A DNA stretch of 64,000 nucleotides from Synechococcus sp. (GTDB taxonomy: Bacteria; Cyanobacteriota; Cyanobacteriia; PCC-6307; Cyanobiaceae). Shown piece by piece: positions 22,552-32,968 of this stretch. The DNA lies in the NCBI GenBank assembly GCA_047284725.1, contig JBJBEO010000001.1:192001-256000 (forward strand). Reading direction: 5' to 3'. A program made the position numbers and the translations under genes. The notes beneath the pieces were generated by a model. That model was not told the DNA's origin, did no database searches, and saw nothing but the letters and a program-made list of their open reading frames with translations. The first letter of the stretch is position 1, and every line of letters starts with the position of its first letter.

Positions 22552-23580
22552 CTACGAGGGGCCCCGCCAACGCAACAGCGCTGCTCCCCAGCTCAGACCT
22601 GCGCCAAAGCCACTGCTGGCCACCAGGTGCCCCGGTTGGAGACGGCCATCCCGCACCGCTTCATCGAGCATCAGGGGAATGGTGGCGGCGGAGGTGTTGC
22701 CGTAGTGGGCGAGATTGCTCAGAACCTTGGCGTGGGGAATGGCAAAGCGGTCTGCAACCGCATCGAGGATGCGCTGGTTGGCCTGATGCAGCAGCAGCCA
22801 ATCCAGTTGGTCGGCTGAGGTGTTGGCGGCGTTGAGCAGTGTTTTGAGAATCGCCGGCACTTCCCGCACGGCGAACTTGTAGACCTCCTGCCCGATCATC
22901 TGGATGGGGTCGTAATGACCTCTCTGCACGCTGCTCCCATCCAGCAGTGGGGCACGGTCACCGGTGAGAGGCACATTCAGGCAGGCCCCGCGGTTGCCAT
23001 CGCTGCGCATCTGGAAGCCCAGCAGGCCGTCATCGTCAACGGAGCAGGCTTCGAGCAGCACAGCACCAGCCGCATCACCGAAGAGCACACAGCTGCGGCG
23101 ATCGTCCCAATCGACCCAGCTGCTCAGTTGATCGGCTCCGATCACCATCACCCGGCGCATCGCTCCGGTGCGCAGGAACTGGGAGGCGGTGACCAAGGCA
23201 AACAGAAAGCCGCTGCAGGCAGCGGTGAGATCAAAGGCCACGGCGTTGCTGGCGCCGAGCTGGGCTTGCACCTTGGGCGCTGAGCCGAACAGATCATCGG
23301 GGGTGGAGGTGGCCAGCAACACCAGATCAAGGCTGTCGGCCTCCCATCCCGCCATCGCCAGGGCTTGCCGGCCTGCCTCAGCACCGAGGTTCGACAGCGA
23401 CTGGTCAGGTCCGCAGATGTGTCGCGTCCGGATTCCGGTGCGTGTCCGGATCCACTCGTCGCTGGTCTCAACCCGCTGCCCCAGTTGATCATTGCTGATC
23501 TGCTGGTGGCCGCGGGCACTGCCGCTGGCCACCAGGGCCACGCCGCCGGAGCTACCGGAGAGTGGGTTGGAGGCGGCCAA
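22552..23580 (-). CDS. fabH: Beta-ketoacyl-ACP synthase III
   Basis: AACSGF, LFGDAAGA, HQANQRI and GNTSAA; start uncertain (TTG 23580 or GTG 23541). Confidence 0.95.
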   Translation of the reverse strand: MAASNPLSGSSGGVALVASGSARGHQQISNDQLGQRVETSDEWIRTRTGIRTRHICGPDQSLSNLGAEAGRQALAMAGWEADSLDLVLLATSTPDDLFGSAPKVQAQLGASNAVAFDLTAACSGFLFALVTASQFLRTGAMRRVMVIGADQLSSWVDWDDRRSCVLFGDAAGAVLLEACSVDDDGLLGFQMRSDGNRGACLNVPLTGDRAPLLDGSSVQRGHYDPIQMIGQEVYKFAVREVPAILKTLLNAANTSADQLDWLLLHQANQRILDAVADRFAIPHAKVLSNLAHYGNTSAATIPLMLDEAVRDGRLQPGHLVASSGFGAGLSWGAALLRWRGPS

Positions 23581-23644
23581 GGGCAACGTCGAGGAAGTGG
23601 CGTCAGTCAACCACAGCTTTGGGGCAGCGGTGGCACGGGGGGCT

Positions 23645-24994
23645 TCAGTTGCCGGCTGCTGCCACACCCGCGGGTGCATTGCCGAGTTCCGCCAGATCGT
23701 CCATCACGCCATGGCTGGCGGCGGAATGGGCCAGCCTCAAGGCACTGAGCACCGAGAGAGCGCGGCTGCTGCCGTGGCCGATGACACAGATGCCATTCAC
23801 CCCCAACAGAAGTGCTCCACCGTGTTCGGCGTGGTCGAGGCGTTTCTTGATCCGCTTCAGGTTGCTCATCAGGAAGGCTGAACCCACCTTTCCCCGGCGT
23901 CCGCGCGGTAGTTCCATCTTCAGCACGCCGAGCAGCACGCTGCCCACCGATTCCAGGAACTTGAGCAATACGTTGCCGGTGAAGCCGTCGCAGACCACCA
24001 CGTCAAATTCACCGGACAGTACGTCTCTGCCTTCGCAGTTGCCGGCGAAGGACAGGCGGGATTCATCCTTCAGCAACGCGTAGGTTTTCAGCGCTAGGTC
24101 GTTGCCTTTGCACTCTTCCTCGCCGATGTTGAGCAGTCCCACCCGGGGTGTGGCGACCTGGAGCACATCGCGGCTGTAGATGTTCCCCAACAGGGCGAAC
24201 TGGTGCAGGTAGGACGGCTTGCAATCCATGTTGGCTCCCACATCCAGGACAAGCACGGGTTGACCTGGGTCTTTGGTGGGGAACAGAGCGCCGATGGCGG
24301 GTCGCTCGATGCCCTTCAGGCGCCCGAGCCGGAAGATGGCGGAGGCCATCACCGCACCGGAGTTGCCTGCGGAGTACACCGCAAGCGCTTCCCCGCTTTT
24401 CACGAGATCCATCGCCACGTTGATGCTGGCATCGCGTTTGCGCCGCACCACCGTCGCTTCCTCATGCATTTCCACCGAGGGCCCACTGGCCACGAGGTCG
24501 AGATGACCGGCCTTGATGGCGGACTCGAGGGCTTCGCCGAGCTCCATGGCCTCGGCAGCTGCACGCACGCGGTCGGTCTCCCCAACGAAGCGGATACGCA
24601 GGGGAAGCCGGGCAATGGCCTCGAGGCATCCTTCCAGGATCGGCCCCGGGGCATGGTCTCCACCCATGCCATCCACGGCCACCCAGAGGCGTTCGCTGTC
24701 GTGAATCTCGATGTCGCCATCTCCGTTCCCACCCTGCAGGCGTCTCAGTGGGTCAAAGACGAGGGGCTGCAGCACGCTGCCTGCACCGGCCACCACACTG
24801 CCCGCGACTGAGCCGGCCACAGACCCAGCTGCGTTGGCTGACGTGGTGGCCGTGTCAACAAGGGTGGTGACGGCGGCATTGCGCCTGTACCAGATCACCA
24901 AACGACGAACAGCCTTGGAGCGAAGAGGCTTCATCCGTGTGGATGAGGAATCCATAGAGGGCGTCGCGGCGGAATCAGGATCCTTCGGAGGCAA
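23645..24994 (-). CDS. plsX: Phosphate acyltransferase PlsX with N-terminal extension
   Basis: AVDGMGGDHAP, SAGNSGA, LDVGAN, DGFTGN and GHGSS; start uncertain. Confidence 0.94.
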   Translation of the reverse strand: MPPKDPDSAATPSMDSSSTRMKPLRSKAVRRLVIWYRRNAAVTTLVDTATTSANAAGSVAGSVAGSVVAGAGSVLQPLVFDPLRRLQGGNGDGDIEIHDSERLWVAVDGMGGDHAPGPILEGCLEAIARLPLRIRFVGETDRVRAAAEAMELGEALESAIKAGHLDLVASGPSVEMHEEATVVRRKRDASINVAMDLVKSGEALAVYSAGNSGAVMASAIFRLGRLKGIERPAIGALFPTKDPGQPVLVLDVGANMDCKPSYLHQFALLGNIYSRDVLQVATPRVGLLNIGEEECKGNDLALKTYALLKDESRLSFAGNCEGRDVLSGEFDVVVCDGFTGNVLLKFLESVGSVLLGVLKMELPRGRRGKVGSAFLMSNLKRIKKRLDHAEHGGALLLGVNGICVIGHGSSRALSVLSALRLAHSAASHGVMDDLAELGNAPAGVAAAGN

Positions 24995-25721
24995 CGGAAT
25001 CAACGATGCGCTGGAACAGATAGCCGGTGCCTCGAGCCGTGAGAATCAGCTCGGGGTTCGCCGGATCATCTTCCAGTTTGGAGCGAAGCCGGGAGATATG
25101 AACATCCACCACCCGGGTGTCCACATGCCTCTCTGGGGTGTAGCCCCAAACTTCCTTGAGGATCTCACCGCGGCTGAAGGGTTCACCTGACCGGCTCACC
25201 AGCAGTTCCAGCAAGCTGAATTCCATCCCCGTCAGTCGGATGCGCTCATTGGCGCGGAACACCTGGCGCTTGTTGGTGTCGATGCGGAGATCGGAGACCT
25301 GGATCACCCCGGAGTTGGGAATGCCGGCGACCTGTTCCTTCTCAACCCGCCGCAGCACACAGCGGATACGGGCTTCCAGCTCCTTGGGGCTGAACGGTTT
25401 GACCACATAGTCATCGGCGCCGAGTTCCAGCCCGGTAATGCGGTCGGCGACATCACCGAGGGCCGTCAGCATCACAATCGGCACATCCGATTCCTTGCGC
25501 AGCTCCTGGCAGACGCCGTAGCCATCCAGCTTCGGCATCATCACGTCGAGCACCACAAGGTCAGGCTCGTGATCGCGGAAACAAGCCAGGGCTTCGTTGC
25601 CGTCGCAGGCGGTGAGCACGTTGTACCCGATCATCGACAGCCTTGTCTCCAGAATCCGACGGATGCTGGCCTCGTCATCGACAACGAGGATGGTTTCCTT
25701 GGCAGGACTGGAGACTGTCAT
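24975..25721 (-). CDS. rpaB: OmpR-family response regulator RpaB (Ycf27)
   Basis: VDDEASIRRILETRLSMIGY and DTRVVDVHISRLRSKLE. Confidence 0.96.
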   Translation of the reverse strand: MTVSSPAKETILVVDDEASIRRILETRLSMIGYNVLTACDGNEALACFRDHEPDLVVLDVMMPKLDGYGVCQELRKESDVPIVMLTALGDVADRITGLELGADDYVVKPFSPKELEARIRCVLRRVEKEQVAGIPNSGVIQVSDLRIDTNKRQVFRANERIRLTGMEFSLLELLVSRSGEPFSRGEILKEVWGYTPERHVDTRVVDVHISRLRSKLEDDPANPELILTARGTGYLFQRIVDSVASEGS

Positions 25722-25832
25722 CAGGCCCGCAGGCTGTACAACAACTCGTTACACCTAAAGGGTTGGTGGCCCCGCCTTTTCACTTGCCGCCAGATTTCTT
25801 CATAGTTCGACTTCTTCCCAGGCGTCCCCGCT

Positions 25833-27236
25833 GTGGCCCGTTCCGTCTCCATTTTTGTGTGCCAGAGCTGTGGGGCACAGACCCGTCAGTTCTTTGGGCG
25901 CTGCAACAGCTGTGGAAGCTGGAACTCCCTGGTGGAACAGTCGCAGCCCAGGCAAGACGGCCGTCGGCACCGTGCCGCGGCGGACCCGCAGGCGCAGCCG
26001 GTTGCGCGGCGTTCCACGGCCATGGCAGCGCTGGGGGATCAGCCGATGCAGCGTCTCGGCAGTGGCTACGACGAGCTCGACAGGGTGCTCGGTGGTGGCC
26101 TGGTGCCTGGGTCTCTGGTCCTTGTCGGCGGCGACCCCGGCATCGGCAAAAGCACCCTTCTGCTGCAGAGCGCGACGTCGATGGCCCGCCATCGCTCGGT
26201 GCTCTATGTCAGTGCAGAGGAATCGGCTCAGCAGGTGAAGCTCCGGTGGCAGCGTCTGCAAGGCAGTGGCGCCGACCTGCAGTTGCTGGCGGAAACCGAC
26301 CTGGAGCTGGTGCTGGAAGAACTGGAAGCTCTCAAACCTGATGTGGCGATCATCGACAGCATCCAGGCCTTGCATGACGCCAACCTCACCAGTGCCCCGG
26401 GATCCGTGGCCCAGGTGAGGGAATGCGCTGCGGCTCTGCAACGCCTGGCGAAACGTCAGGACACGGCTCTGTTGCTGGTGGGCCATGTCACGAAGGAAGG
26501 CGTGCTGGCGGGGCCCAAGGTGCTGGAGCATCTGGTGGATGCCGTGCTGACCTTTGAGGGAGACCGTTTCGCCAGCCATCGCCTGCTGCGGGCTGTCAAA
26601 AACCGGTTTGGCGCCACCCATGAGCTGGGGGTGTTTGAGATGCGCGGCCAGGGCCTGGCTGAGGTGGGCAATCCCAGTGAGCTCTTCCTCAGCGGAGAAC
26701 AGGCCAGTGGTGTGGCCACGATCGTGGCCTGTGAAGGCACCCGTCCTCTGGTGGTGGACCTTCAGTCGCTTGTGAGCACCACCAGCTATGCCAGCCCCCG
26801 GCGAACCGCCACAGGGATTGCGGTGAATCGTTTGCACCAGATCCTGGCAGTGCTGGAAAAGCACATGGGCCTGCCCTTGTCTCGTTACGACTGCTATCTG
26901 GCGGTGGCAGGCGGTCTTGATGTGGAGGAGCCGGCGGCGGATCTGGGGGTGGCGGCTGCGGTGGTGGCCAGTTACCGCGACCTCACGCTTCCCGCCGGCA
27001 CGGTGCTTCTGGGTGAGCTGGGCCTTGGCGGCCAGTTGCGTCCCGTGCCGCAGTTGGAGTTGCGCTTGCAGGAGGCGGCCCGCCTTGGCTTCCGGCGGGC
27101 GGTCGTTCCCCAGGGCAGCGGCATCGGCCCTGCAGCGGCGGCACTGGGCCTGGCCGTGCTGGAGGCCTCGCGGATCACCGAAGCCTTGGTGATGGCGTTG
27201 GGCGACGGCGTCGCCATGGGGCAAGACGCCTCTTGA
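25833..27236 (+). CDS. radA: DNA repair protein RadA/Sms
   Basis: CQSCG..CNSC zinc finger, GDPGIGKST and KNRFG. Confidence 0.96.
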   Translation: MARSVSIFVCQSCGAQTRQFFGRCNSCGSWNSLVEQSQPRQDGRRHRAAADPQAQPVARRSTAMAALGDQPMQRLGSGYDELDRVLGGGLVPGSLVLVGGDPGIGKSTLLLQSATSMARHRSVLYVSAEESAQQVKLRWQRLQGSGADLQLLAETDLELVLEELEALKPDVAIIDSIQALHDANLTSAPGSVAQVRECAAALQRLAKRQDTALLLVGHVTKEGVLAGPKVLEHLVDAVLTFEGDRFASHRLLRAVKNRFGATHELGVFEMRGQGLAEVGNPSELFLSGEQASGVATIVACEGTRPLVVDLQSLVSTTSYASPRRTATGIAVNRLHQILAVLEKHMGLPLSRYDCYLAVAGGLDVEEPAADLGVAAAVVASYRDLTLPAGTVLLGELGLGGQLRPVPQLELRLQEAARLGFRRAVVPQGSGIGPAAAALGLAVLEASRITEALVMALGDGVAMGQDAS

Positions 27237-27305
27237 ATGCAGGATGGCCAGGATCTTGCGGTGGTTCAGAAGCGCAGAGCGTGCTGCGTTCCGCGACGGT
27301 TCCGC

Positions 27306-27827
27306 TCAGAAGTAGACGTCGACGTTGCTTCTCCCCGTTGATTTCAGCCAGTTCTCGATATCGAGATAGCCGCCTGGATTGAGACGCACGGCCTGTGTCC
27401 AGGCTTCAGCAGCCTGGTCAAACCATCTGTCGGCTTCGTCGCGGCGGCCGTCTTCCTCAGCAATGCGGCCTCGCTTCTCGAAGATCAGACCCATGTTTTT
27501 CAGGCATGAAGGCTGTTTCGGGTTTTCTTCGAGCGCTTTTTGATACGTCTCGATCGCCCGGTCCTCCTCACCATTACTCATGTAAATGATCGCCATGTTC
27601 TTGAGGGTCTCGCCGCGGTCGATCGGGTTCTCCTCAAGTTTCAGGCTTTCCTCGTAGTTCTCCAGGGCCTCGGCATAGTCGCCATCGTTCTGGGCCGAGA
27701 GACCGTCGCGGTAATACACATAGGCCTCTTTGGCCCGGGCGTTGATCGGAAGCAGCTTCACGATCAGATCCGCCATCACCGTGAAGCTCTTGTCGATGAA
27801 GTTGTCGTTGCGGTTGCTGCGGGGCAC
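27306..27827 (-). CDS. ycf3: Photosystem I assembly TPR protein Ycf3
   Basis: [20 protein letters not shown] and [19 protein letters not shown] start at 27827. Confidence 0.95.
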   Translation of the reverse strand: MPRSNRNDNFIDKSFTVMADLIVKLLPINARAKEAYVYYRDGLSAQNDGDYAEALENYEESLKLEENPIDRGETLKNMAIIYMSNGEEDRAIETYQKALEENPKQPSCLKNMGLIFEKRGRIAEEDGRRDEADRWFDQAAEAWTQAVRLNPGGYLDIENWLKSTGRSNVDVYF

Positions 27828-27900
27828 GGCGGGCCTGCTGGAATGCACCCATCCTGAGGCACGTGGCCCTGCCTAGCGTGTTTCTGTCTCAATCCCTGCT

Positions 27901-30234
27901 GTGAGTCGTACCGCTGCCGCCGGCCCCACCACCACCGTTCTTCTGGACGTGGAGGGCATGAAATGCGGTGGTTGTGTCAGGGCTGTCGAGCGCACCCTCC
28001 TCGATCAGCCGGGGGTGCAAGAGGCCAGCGTCAATCTCGTCACCCGCAGTGCCTGGCTCTGCCTTGATGCTGGGGATGACTGTCTCGAGGGTGTGCTGCG
28101 CGCCCTCGAGACCCGTGGCTTCCCGGCCAGGCCCCGCACCGCCTCGGCCTTGGCAGGAGCAGCCCAGGATCCCGTTCGCAGCTGGGGTTGGTGGCGCCAA
28201 TGGCGCCAATTGATCGTGGCGTTGGTGCTGCTGGTGCTCTCCGTCGTGGGGCACCTGGCGGAAGGCGGCCATCTCAGCGTGCCGGTGCTGGGGGACCTTC
28301 CCTTCCATGCCGCTCTGGCCACCGTGGCGTTGGTCGGCCCTGGTCGCCCGATCCTGGTCGGCGGCTGGAAGGCGGTGCGGGCTGGGACACCGAGCATGGA
28401 CACGCTGGTGGGTCTGGGGGTGAGCAGTGCTTATCTCGCCAGCATCGTGGCCTTGGTCTGGCCCGAGGCGTCCTGGCCATGTTTTTTCAACGAGCCAGTG
28501 ATGCTGCTCGGCTTCGTCCTGTTGGGTCGTTTCCTGGAGGAGCGAGCGCGGCTGCGTACGGGCCGGGCGCTGCAGCAGCTGGCGGCATTGCAACCCAACC
28601 AGGCGCGTTTGGTGATGGCTGATGGCAGCGTGCGGGATGTGCCTGTGGAGGCTGTACGTCCAGGGGAACGCTTGCAGCTGCTGGCCGGCGATCGAATCCC
28701 GGTGGATGGGGTGGTCACCGAAGGCAGCTCGGCAGTTGATGTGTCGAGTCTCACCGGGGAGCCATTGCCGTTGGAAGCAGCACCTGGTTCGGCGCTGTCG
28801 ACGGGAAGCCTCAATCTGGAAGCCACCCTGGAGATCGAGGTGCAACGGGTGGGGGCGGAAACGGCGTTGGCCCGGATCATTGCCCTGGTGGAGCAGGCCC
28901 AGGCCCGCAAAGCCCCGATTCAGGGCCTCGCTGATCGGGTCGCTGGGATGTTCTGTTATGGCGTGATCAGCCTCTCCACCGTCACGTTTCTGTTCTGGTG
29001 GCAGGTGGGGCCGCGGTTCTGGCCTGATCTGCTCACGGCACCCATGCATGCGGCCCATCAGCATGCCGCCCACGGCCATGGTCTGCACACCCCCCTCGGA
29101 GCTGGTGCCGAGACCCCTTTGGGTCTGGCCCTGCAGCTGGCGATTGCCGTGTTGGTGATCGCCTGTCCCTGTGCCCTCGGTCTGGCCACCCCCACGGTGA
29201 TCACGGTGTCTTCGGGATTGGCGGCCCGGCAGGGGTGGCTGTTTCGGGGCGGGGATGTGATCGAACTCGCCGCGTCCCTGCATCGGGTGGTGTTCGATAA
29301 AACCGGCACCCTCACCCTGGGTCGCCCTCTGGTGTCTGAGGTGATGGTCAGTGCTGATCCTGCCCGCACCTTGCAGCTGGCGGCAAGTGTGGAACACACC
29401 AGCCGCCATCCTCTGGCCCATGCCCTGTTGCAGGAAGCGCAGCGCATGAACCTGACGCTCTTGCCGGTGACGGAGAGCCGCACGGTTCCCGGTGCCGGTG
29501 TTTGCGGACAGGTGGAGGCCGTTGAGGCGATGGTGAGAGTGGGTTCTCCTGAATGGCTGCAGCGAGAAGGCGTGGCCTGGCCACAGACCCTGCAGCAGGC
29601 CCTCGATCAGGCCACCGCCGAGGGCAAGTCAGTGATGGCTGTGGCTGTGGGGGATGAGCCTCTCGGTTTGATCAGCGTCGATGACCGCTTGCGTCCTGAT
29701 GCCTCTGTGGCGGTGCAGCGCCTTCGCGGCCAGGGGTTGGAGCTGGCCATGCTCAGTGGTGATCGCCAGCCATCGGTGCAGCGTCTGGGCGAGCAGCTCG
29801 GTTTCCAGACGCATCAATTGGCCTGGCAGTTGTTGCCGGAGCAGAAGCTGAAACGCCTCGAGACCTATCGACAGAGCGGCAACGTGGCCATGGTGGGGGA
29901 TGGCATCAACGATGCCCCGGCCCTGGCGGCGGCTGACCTCGGCATCGCTGTCGGCACTGGCACCCAGATCGCCCAAGACACAGCTGATCTGGTGCTCCTG
30001 GGTGATCGGCTCGAGGCAGTGCCGGAAGCCCTGCAGCTGGCGAAGCGCACCATGACCAAAATCCGTCAGAACCTCTACTGGGCCTTTGGTTACAACCTCC
30101 TGGCCCTGCCAGTGGCGGCAGGGGTTCTGTTGCCCGGATTCGGGGTTCTGCTGTCCCCACCCCTTGCGGCTCTACTGATGGCGGTGAGTTCGATCACTGT
30201 GGTGCTCAATGCTTTGAGCCTGCGTCTGCCATGA
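27901..30234 (+). CDS. P1B-type heavy-metal ATPase (Cu+ type, CtaA-like)
   Basis: GMKCGGC metal-binding domain, TGE, CPCALGLATP, DKTGT, GDGIND, YN and MAVSS. Confidence 0.92.
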   Translation: MSRTAAAGPTTTVLLDVEGMKCGGCVRAVERTLLDQPGVQEASVNLVTRSAWLCLDAGDDCLEGVLRALETRGFPARPRTASALAGAAQDPVRSWGWWRQWRQLIVALVLLVLSVVGHLAEGGHLSVPVLGDLPFHAALATVALVGPGRPILVGGWKAVRAGTPSMDTLVGLGVSSAYLASIVALVWPEASWPCFFNEPVMLLGFVLLGRFLEERARLRTGRALQQLAALQPNQARLVMADGSVRDVPVEAVRPGERLQLLAGDRIPVDGVVTEGSSAVDVSSLTGEPLPLEAAPGSALSTGSLNLEATLEIEVQRVGAETALARIIALVEQAQARKAPIQGLADRVAGMFCYGVISLSTVTFLFWWQVGPRFWPDLLTAPMHAAHQHAAHGHGLHTPLGAGAETPLGLALQLAIAVLVIACPCALGLATPTVITVSSGLAARQGWLFRGGDVIELAASLHRVVFDKTGTLTLGRPLVSEVMVSADPARTLQLAASVEHTSRHPLAHALLQEAQRMNLTLLPVTESRTVPGAGVCGQVEAVEAMVRVGSPEWLQREGVAWPQTLQQALDQATAEGKSVMAVAVGDEPLGLISVDDRLRPDASVAVQRLRGQGLELAMLSGDRQPSVQRLGEQLGFQTHQLAWQLLPEQKLKRLETYRQSGNVAMVGDGINDAPALAAADLGIAVGTGTQIAQDTADLVLLGDRLEAVPEALQLAKRTMTKIRQNLYWAFGYNLLALPVAAGVLLPGFGVLLSPPLAALLMAVSSITVVLNALSLRLP

Positions 30235-30878
30235 CCCCAAGCCGTGGACGGTTTGTCGTGGTGGAAGGCATCGATGGATGCGGCAAGACCACCCAGTTGC
30301 AGGCCTTGATGCAGTGGCTTCCAGGCAGTGGCCTGATGCCCCCCGGTGCTGACCTGATCCAGACGCGGGAGCCCGGGGGCACGGCCCTCGGGCAGGCGTT
30401 GCGGCAGCTCTTGCTGCACCCCCCTGAAGCGGCGGCTCCTTGTTCAGTGGCTGAATTGCTGTTGTATGCCGCCGATCGGGCCCAGCATGTGGAACGGGTG
30501 ATTCGTCCGGCATTGGAGCGCGGCGATTGGGTGGTGAGTGATCGCTTTGCGGGATCCACCCTCGCCTACCAGGGATATGGACGCCAGCTGGATCGCACCT
30601 TGATCACGCAGCTGGAACAGATCGCCACCGGCGGATTGAAGGCTGATGCCACGGTCTGGCTGCAGCTGCCCCTGCAGCTCAGCCTGGATCGTCGGGCCAA
30701 CCAGGCCAATGACCGGATCGAAGCTGCTGGTCAGGCCTTTCTGCAGCGGGTGTGCGAAGGATTTGCGGAGCTGGCGGCGGAGCGACGCTGGTGGGCGATC
30801 GATGCAGCTCAGGCCGCACCTGCGGTGACGGCTCAGATCTGCCATCGCCTCAGCGAAGCTTTTGCCCGCAACGATTGA
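30231..30878 (+). CDS. tmk: Thymidylate kinase
   Basis: EGIDGCGKTT, TREPGG and DRF..STLAYQG. Confidence 0.95.
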   Translation: MTPSRGRFVVVEGIDGCGKTTQLQALMQWLPGSGLMPPGADLIQTREPGGTALGQALRQLLLHPPEAAAPCSVAELLLYAADRAQHVERVIRPALERGDWVVSDRFAGSTLAYQGYGRQLDRTLITQLEQIATGGLKADATVWLQLPLQLSLDRRANQANDRIEAAGQAFLQRVCEGFAELAAERRWWAIDAAQAAPAVTAQICHRLSEAFARND

Positions 30879-31852
30879 TGGAGAGGTTGTTTTCCGATCT
30901 GGTGGGCCAGACGCAGGCGGTGGCGTTGCTGGAGGCAGCCCTGGCCCGCGAGCGTGTTGCCCCGGCCTACCTGTTTGCAGGGCCCGACGGGGTGGGGCGG
31001 CGTCTGGCGGCCCTGCGCTTTCTGGAGGGAGTTCTGCAGGGAAGCCAGACGCACCGCCCAGAGCGGAGGCGTCTGGAAGCCAGGAACCATCCTGATCTGC
31101 TCTGGGTGGAACCCACCTATTCCCACCAGGGTCGCTTGATCGGCCGTTCAGAGGCTGAAGAGGCGGGAGTGAGTCAACGGACACCCCCCCAGGTGCGTCT
31201 GGAACAGATCCGCCAGGTGGGTCGTTTCTTGGCCCGTCAGCCGCTTGAGTCGCCCCGGGGGTTGGTCGTGCTCGAAGAACCTGAGGCGATGGCTGAATCC
31301 GCCGCCAATGCCCTGCTGAAAACCCTTGAGGAACCAGGCCATGGCTTGTTGATCCTGCTCTCGGCGGCACCGGATCGCTTGCTCACCACGATCCGCTCCC
31401 GCTGCCAGCAGATCACCTTTCAGCCTCTCAGCTCCAGTGAGATGGAGGTTGTGCTCCAGGGCCTGGACCCTGAGCAATCCGCCAAAGCCTCCATGGCCAT
31501 GGCGGAGCCGGAGCTGTTGGCTTTGGCGGCTGGTTCTCCGGGAGCTCTACTGAGCCATGCCGATCATTGGCAGTCTGTGCCTGAACCGTTGCGCCGTGGT
31601 CTGGTGACTCTTCCCACCAAGCCGGTGGACGCGCTCGCCCTGGCTCGGGATCTCTGTGATGCCCTCAGTGGTGAGCAGCAACTCTGGCTGATTTCATGGT
31701 TTCAACAGCATCTTTGGGTGTCCGAAGGAAACGCCCAGTCGTTGCAGCGTCTCGAACGGTTGCGTCAACATCTTCTGGCCTATGTGCAGCCACGCCTGGC
31801 GTGGGAGGTGGCCCTCCTGGATCTTCTTCAAGTCAGGGCCGACACCGGTTGA
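30878..31852 (+). CDS. holB: DNA polymerase III subunit delta-prime
   Basis: AYLFAGPDGVG, NHPDL, AANALLKTLEEP and TIRSRC; TGATG overlap with tmk. Confidence 0.93.
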   Translation: MERLFSDLVGQTQAVALLEAALARERVAPAYLFAGPDGVGRRLAALRFLEGVLQGSQTHRPERRRLEARNHPDLLWVEPTYSHQGRLIGRSEAEEAGVSQRTPPQVRLEQIRQVGRFLARQPLESPRGLVVLEEPEAMAESAANALLKTLEEPGHGLLILLSAAPDRLLTTIRSRCQQITFQPLSSSEMEVVLQGLDPEQSAKASMAMAEPELLALAAGSPGALLSHADHWQSVPEPLRRGLVTLPTKPVDALALARDLCDALSGEQQLWLISWFQQHLWVSEGNAQSLQRLERLRQHLLAYVQPRLAWEVALLDLLQVRADTG

Positions 31853-31882
31853 TCGGCTCGGCTCGGCTCGGCTCGGCTCGGC
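31853..31882. repeat. Pentanucleotide tandem repeat (TCGGC)x6
   Basis: Six perfect copies read directly between the holB and rpaA stop codons. Confidence 0.95.
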
Positions 31883-31889
31883 TTTGGCG

Positions 31890-32687
31890 TCAGGCGCTGG
31901 CCCGCTTGCTCTGTTCTGTTTTCTGATCCCGTTCTTCGCGGGCCTGGGCCAGCGCGTCCTGGAGATCTTCCAGCTGGGATCCGGTGGGGAGCTCCAGGCA
32001 GTAGCCGGCTCCATAGACCGTCTTGATGAAGCGAGGCTTGCGGGGATCGGGTTCGAGTTTGGTGCGCAGGTGGCGGACGTGCACCCGGATGGTTTCGATG
32101 TCGTCGTCGGGTTCGTAGCCCCAGACCTCCTTGAGGATGAGCGACGGCGCCACGGTCTGACCGTGGCGCTGGAGCAGGCAGTGAAGAAGCTCGAATTCCA
32201 GGTGGGTGAGACGAACCGGAGTGTCGAACCAGATCGCTTCAAAACGCTCGGGCACCAAGGTGAGCGGCCCGTAGCTGAGGATTTCGTTGTGGTTGGCGGT
32301 TCCCACCGGCGCCCTGTCGCTGCGACGCAGCAGTGCTTTGACCCGAACCTGCAGCTCTTCGAGGTCGAAAGGTTTGGTGAGATAGTCGTCGGCCCCCGAG
32401 TTGAAGCCGCTCACCTTGTCTTTGGTGCCCCCCAGGGCCGTGAGCATCAGGATTGGGATCGCTGATGTGCGTTCATCGCGGCGCAGGCGCTGGCAGAGGG
32501 TGAGGCCGTCGACCTTGGGCAGCATCAGATCGAGAAGAATCAGATCCGGTGTGTATTGCAGCGCAAGAGCCTGGCCCTTGATGCCGTCATCAGCGCGCTG
32601 AACATCGAAGCCACCGTGTTCCAGGTGGCCTGCCACCAGCTCACGCATGTCGCTGTCGTCTTCGATTAGGAGAATGCAGGGCTTCAT
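31890..32687 (-). CDS. rpaA: OmpR-family response regulator RpaA (circadian output)
   Basis: [22 protein letters not shown] and [22 protein letters not shown]. Confidence 0.95.
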   Translation of the reverse strand: MKPCILLIEDDSDMRELVAGHLEHGGFDVQRADDGIKGQALALQYTPDLILLDLMLPKVDGLTLCQRLRRDERTSAIPILMLTALGGTKDKVSGFNSGADDYLTKPFDLEELQVRVKALLRRSDRAPVGTANHNEILSYGPLTLVPERFEAIWFDTPVRLTHLEFELLHCLLQRHGQTVAPSLILKEVWGYEPDDDIETIRVHVRHLRTKLEPDPRKPRFIKTVYGAGYCLELPTGSQLEDLQDALAQAREERDQKTEQSKRASA

Positions 32688-32968
32688 CGGAGCGAGCGAG
32701 CAGTGAACAAAGAAAGGCCTTGAATGAGAAAAAGGTGAATCATTCGGATTCTCACAAGATTTGTAGGGGATCTGACGTGGTTCTGCATGCCCTTGCGCTG
32801 TGCGGTAACAAGCGCCAATCCCTTCCCGTCACAGCGATTTTCTTGCCAGACCCTGTTTGTCGCGCGCCGGTGTTTTCAGGAAATCTTCGGATTCCGGGCC
32901 GGTTTGTAACGGATTCGACCGACAGGGCAAGGCTTCTCTGGGCGCGGATGGGTGATCGACCTGCCATC

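Noticed and set aside
22880..22905. FabH reads QMIGQEVY rather than the commoner QMNGQEVY
   Set aside because: Variable position; the catalytic Cys, His and Asn motifs are intact
25735..25758. GTTACA upstream of rpaB as an HLR1 (RpaB) site
   Set aside because: Only one imperfect half-site; spacing to TGTACA does not fit the direct repeat
25800..29421. Long minus-strand ORFs (474 and 510 aa) opposite radA and the P-type ATPase
   Set aside because: Fully overlap confident genes; expected in GC-rich DNA
31853..31882. Tandem repeat as a CRISPR remnant
   Set aside because: 5-nt unit, no spacers and no cas genes
32906..32919. GTA-N8-GAC upstream of rpaA as an NtcA site
   Set aside because: Mismatch to GTA-N8-TAC and no supporting promoter geometry
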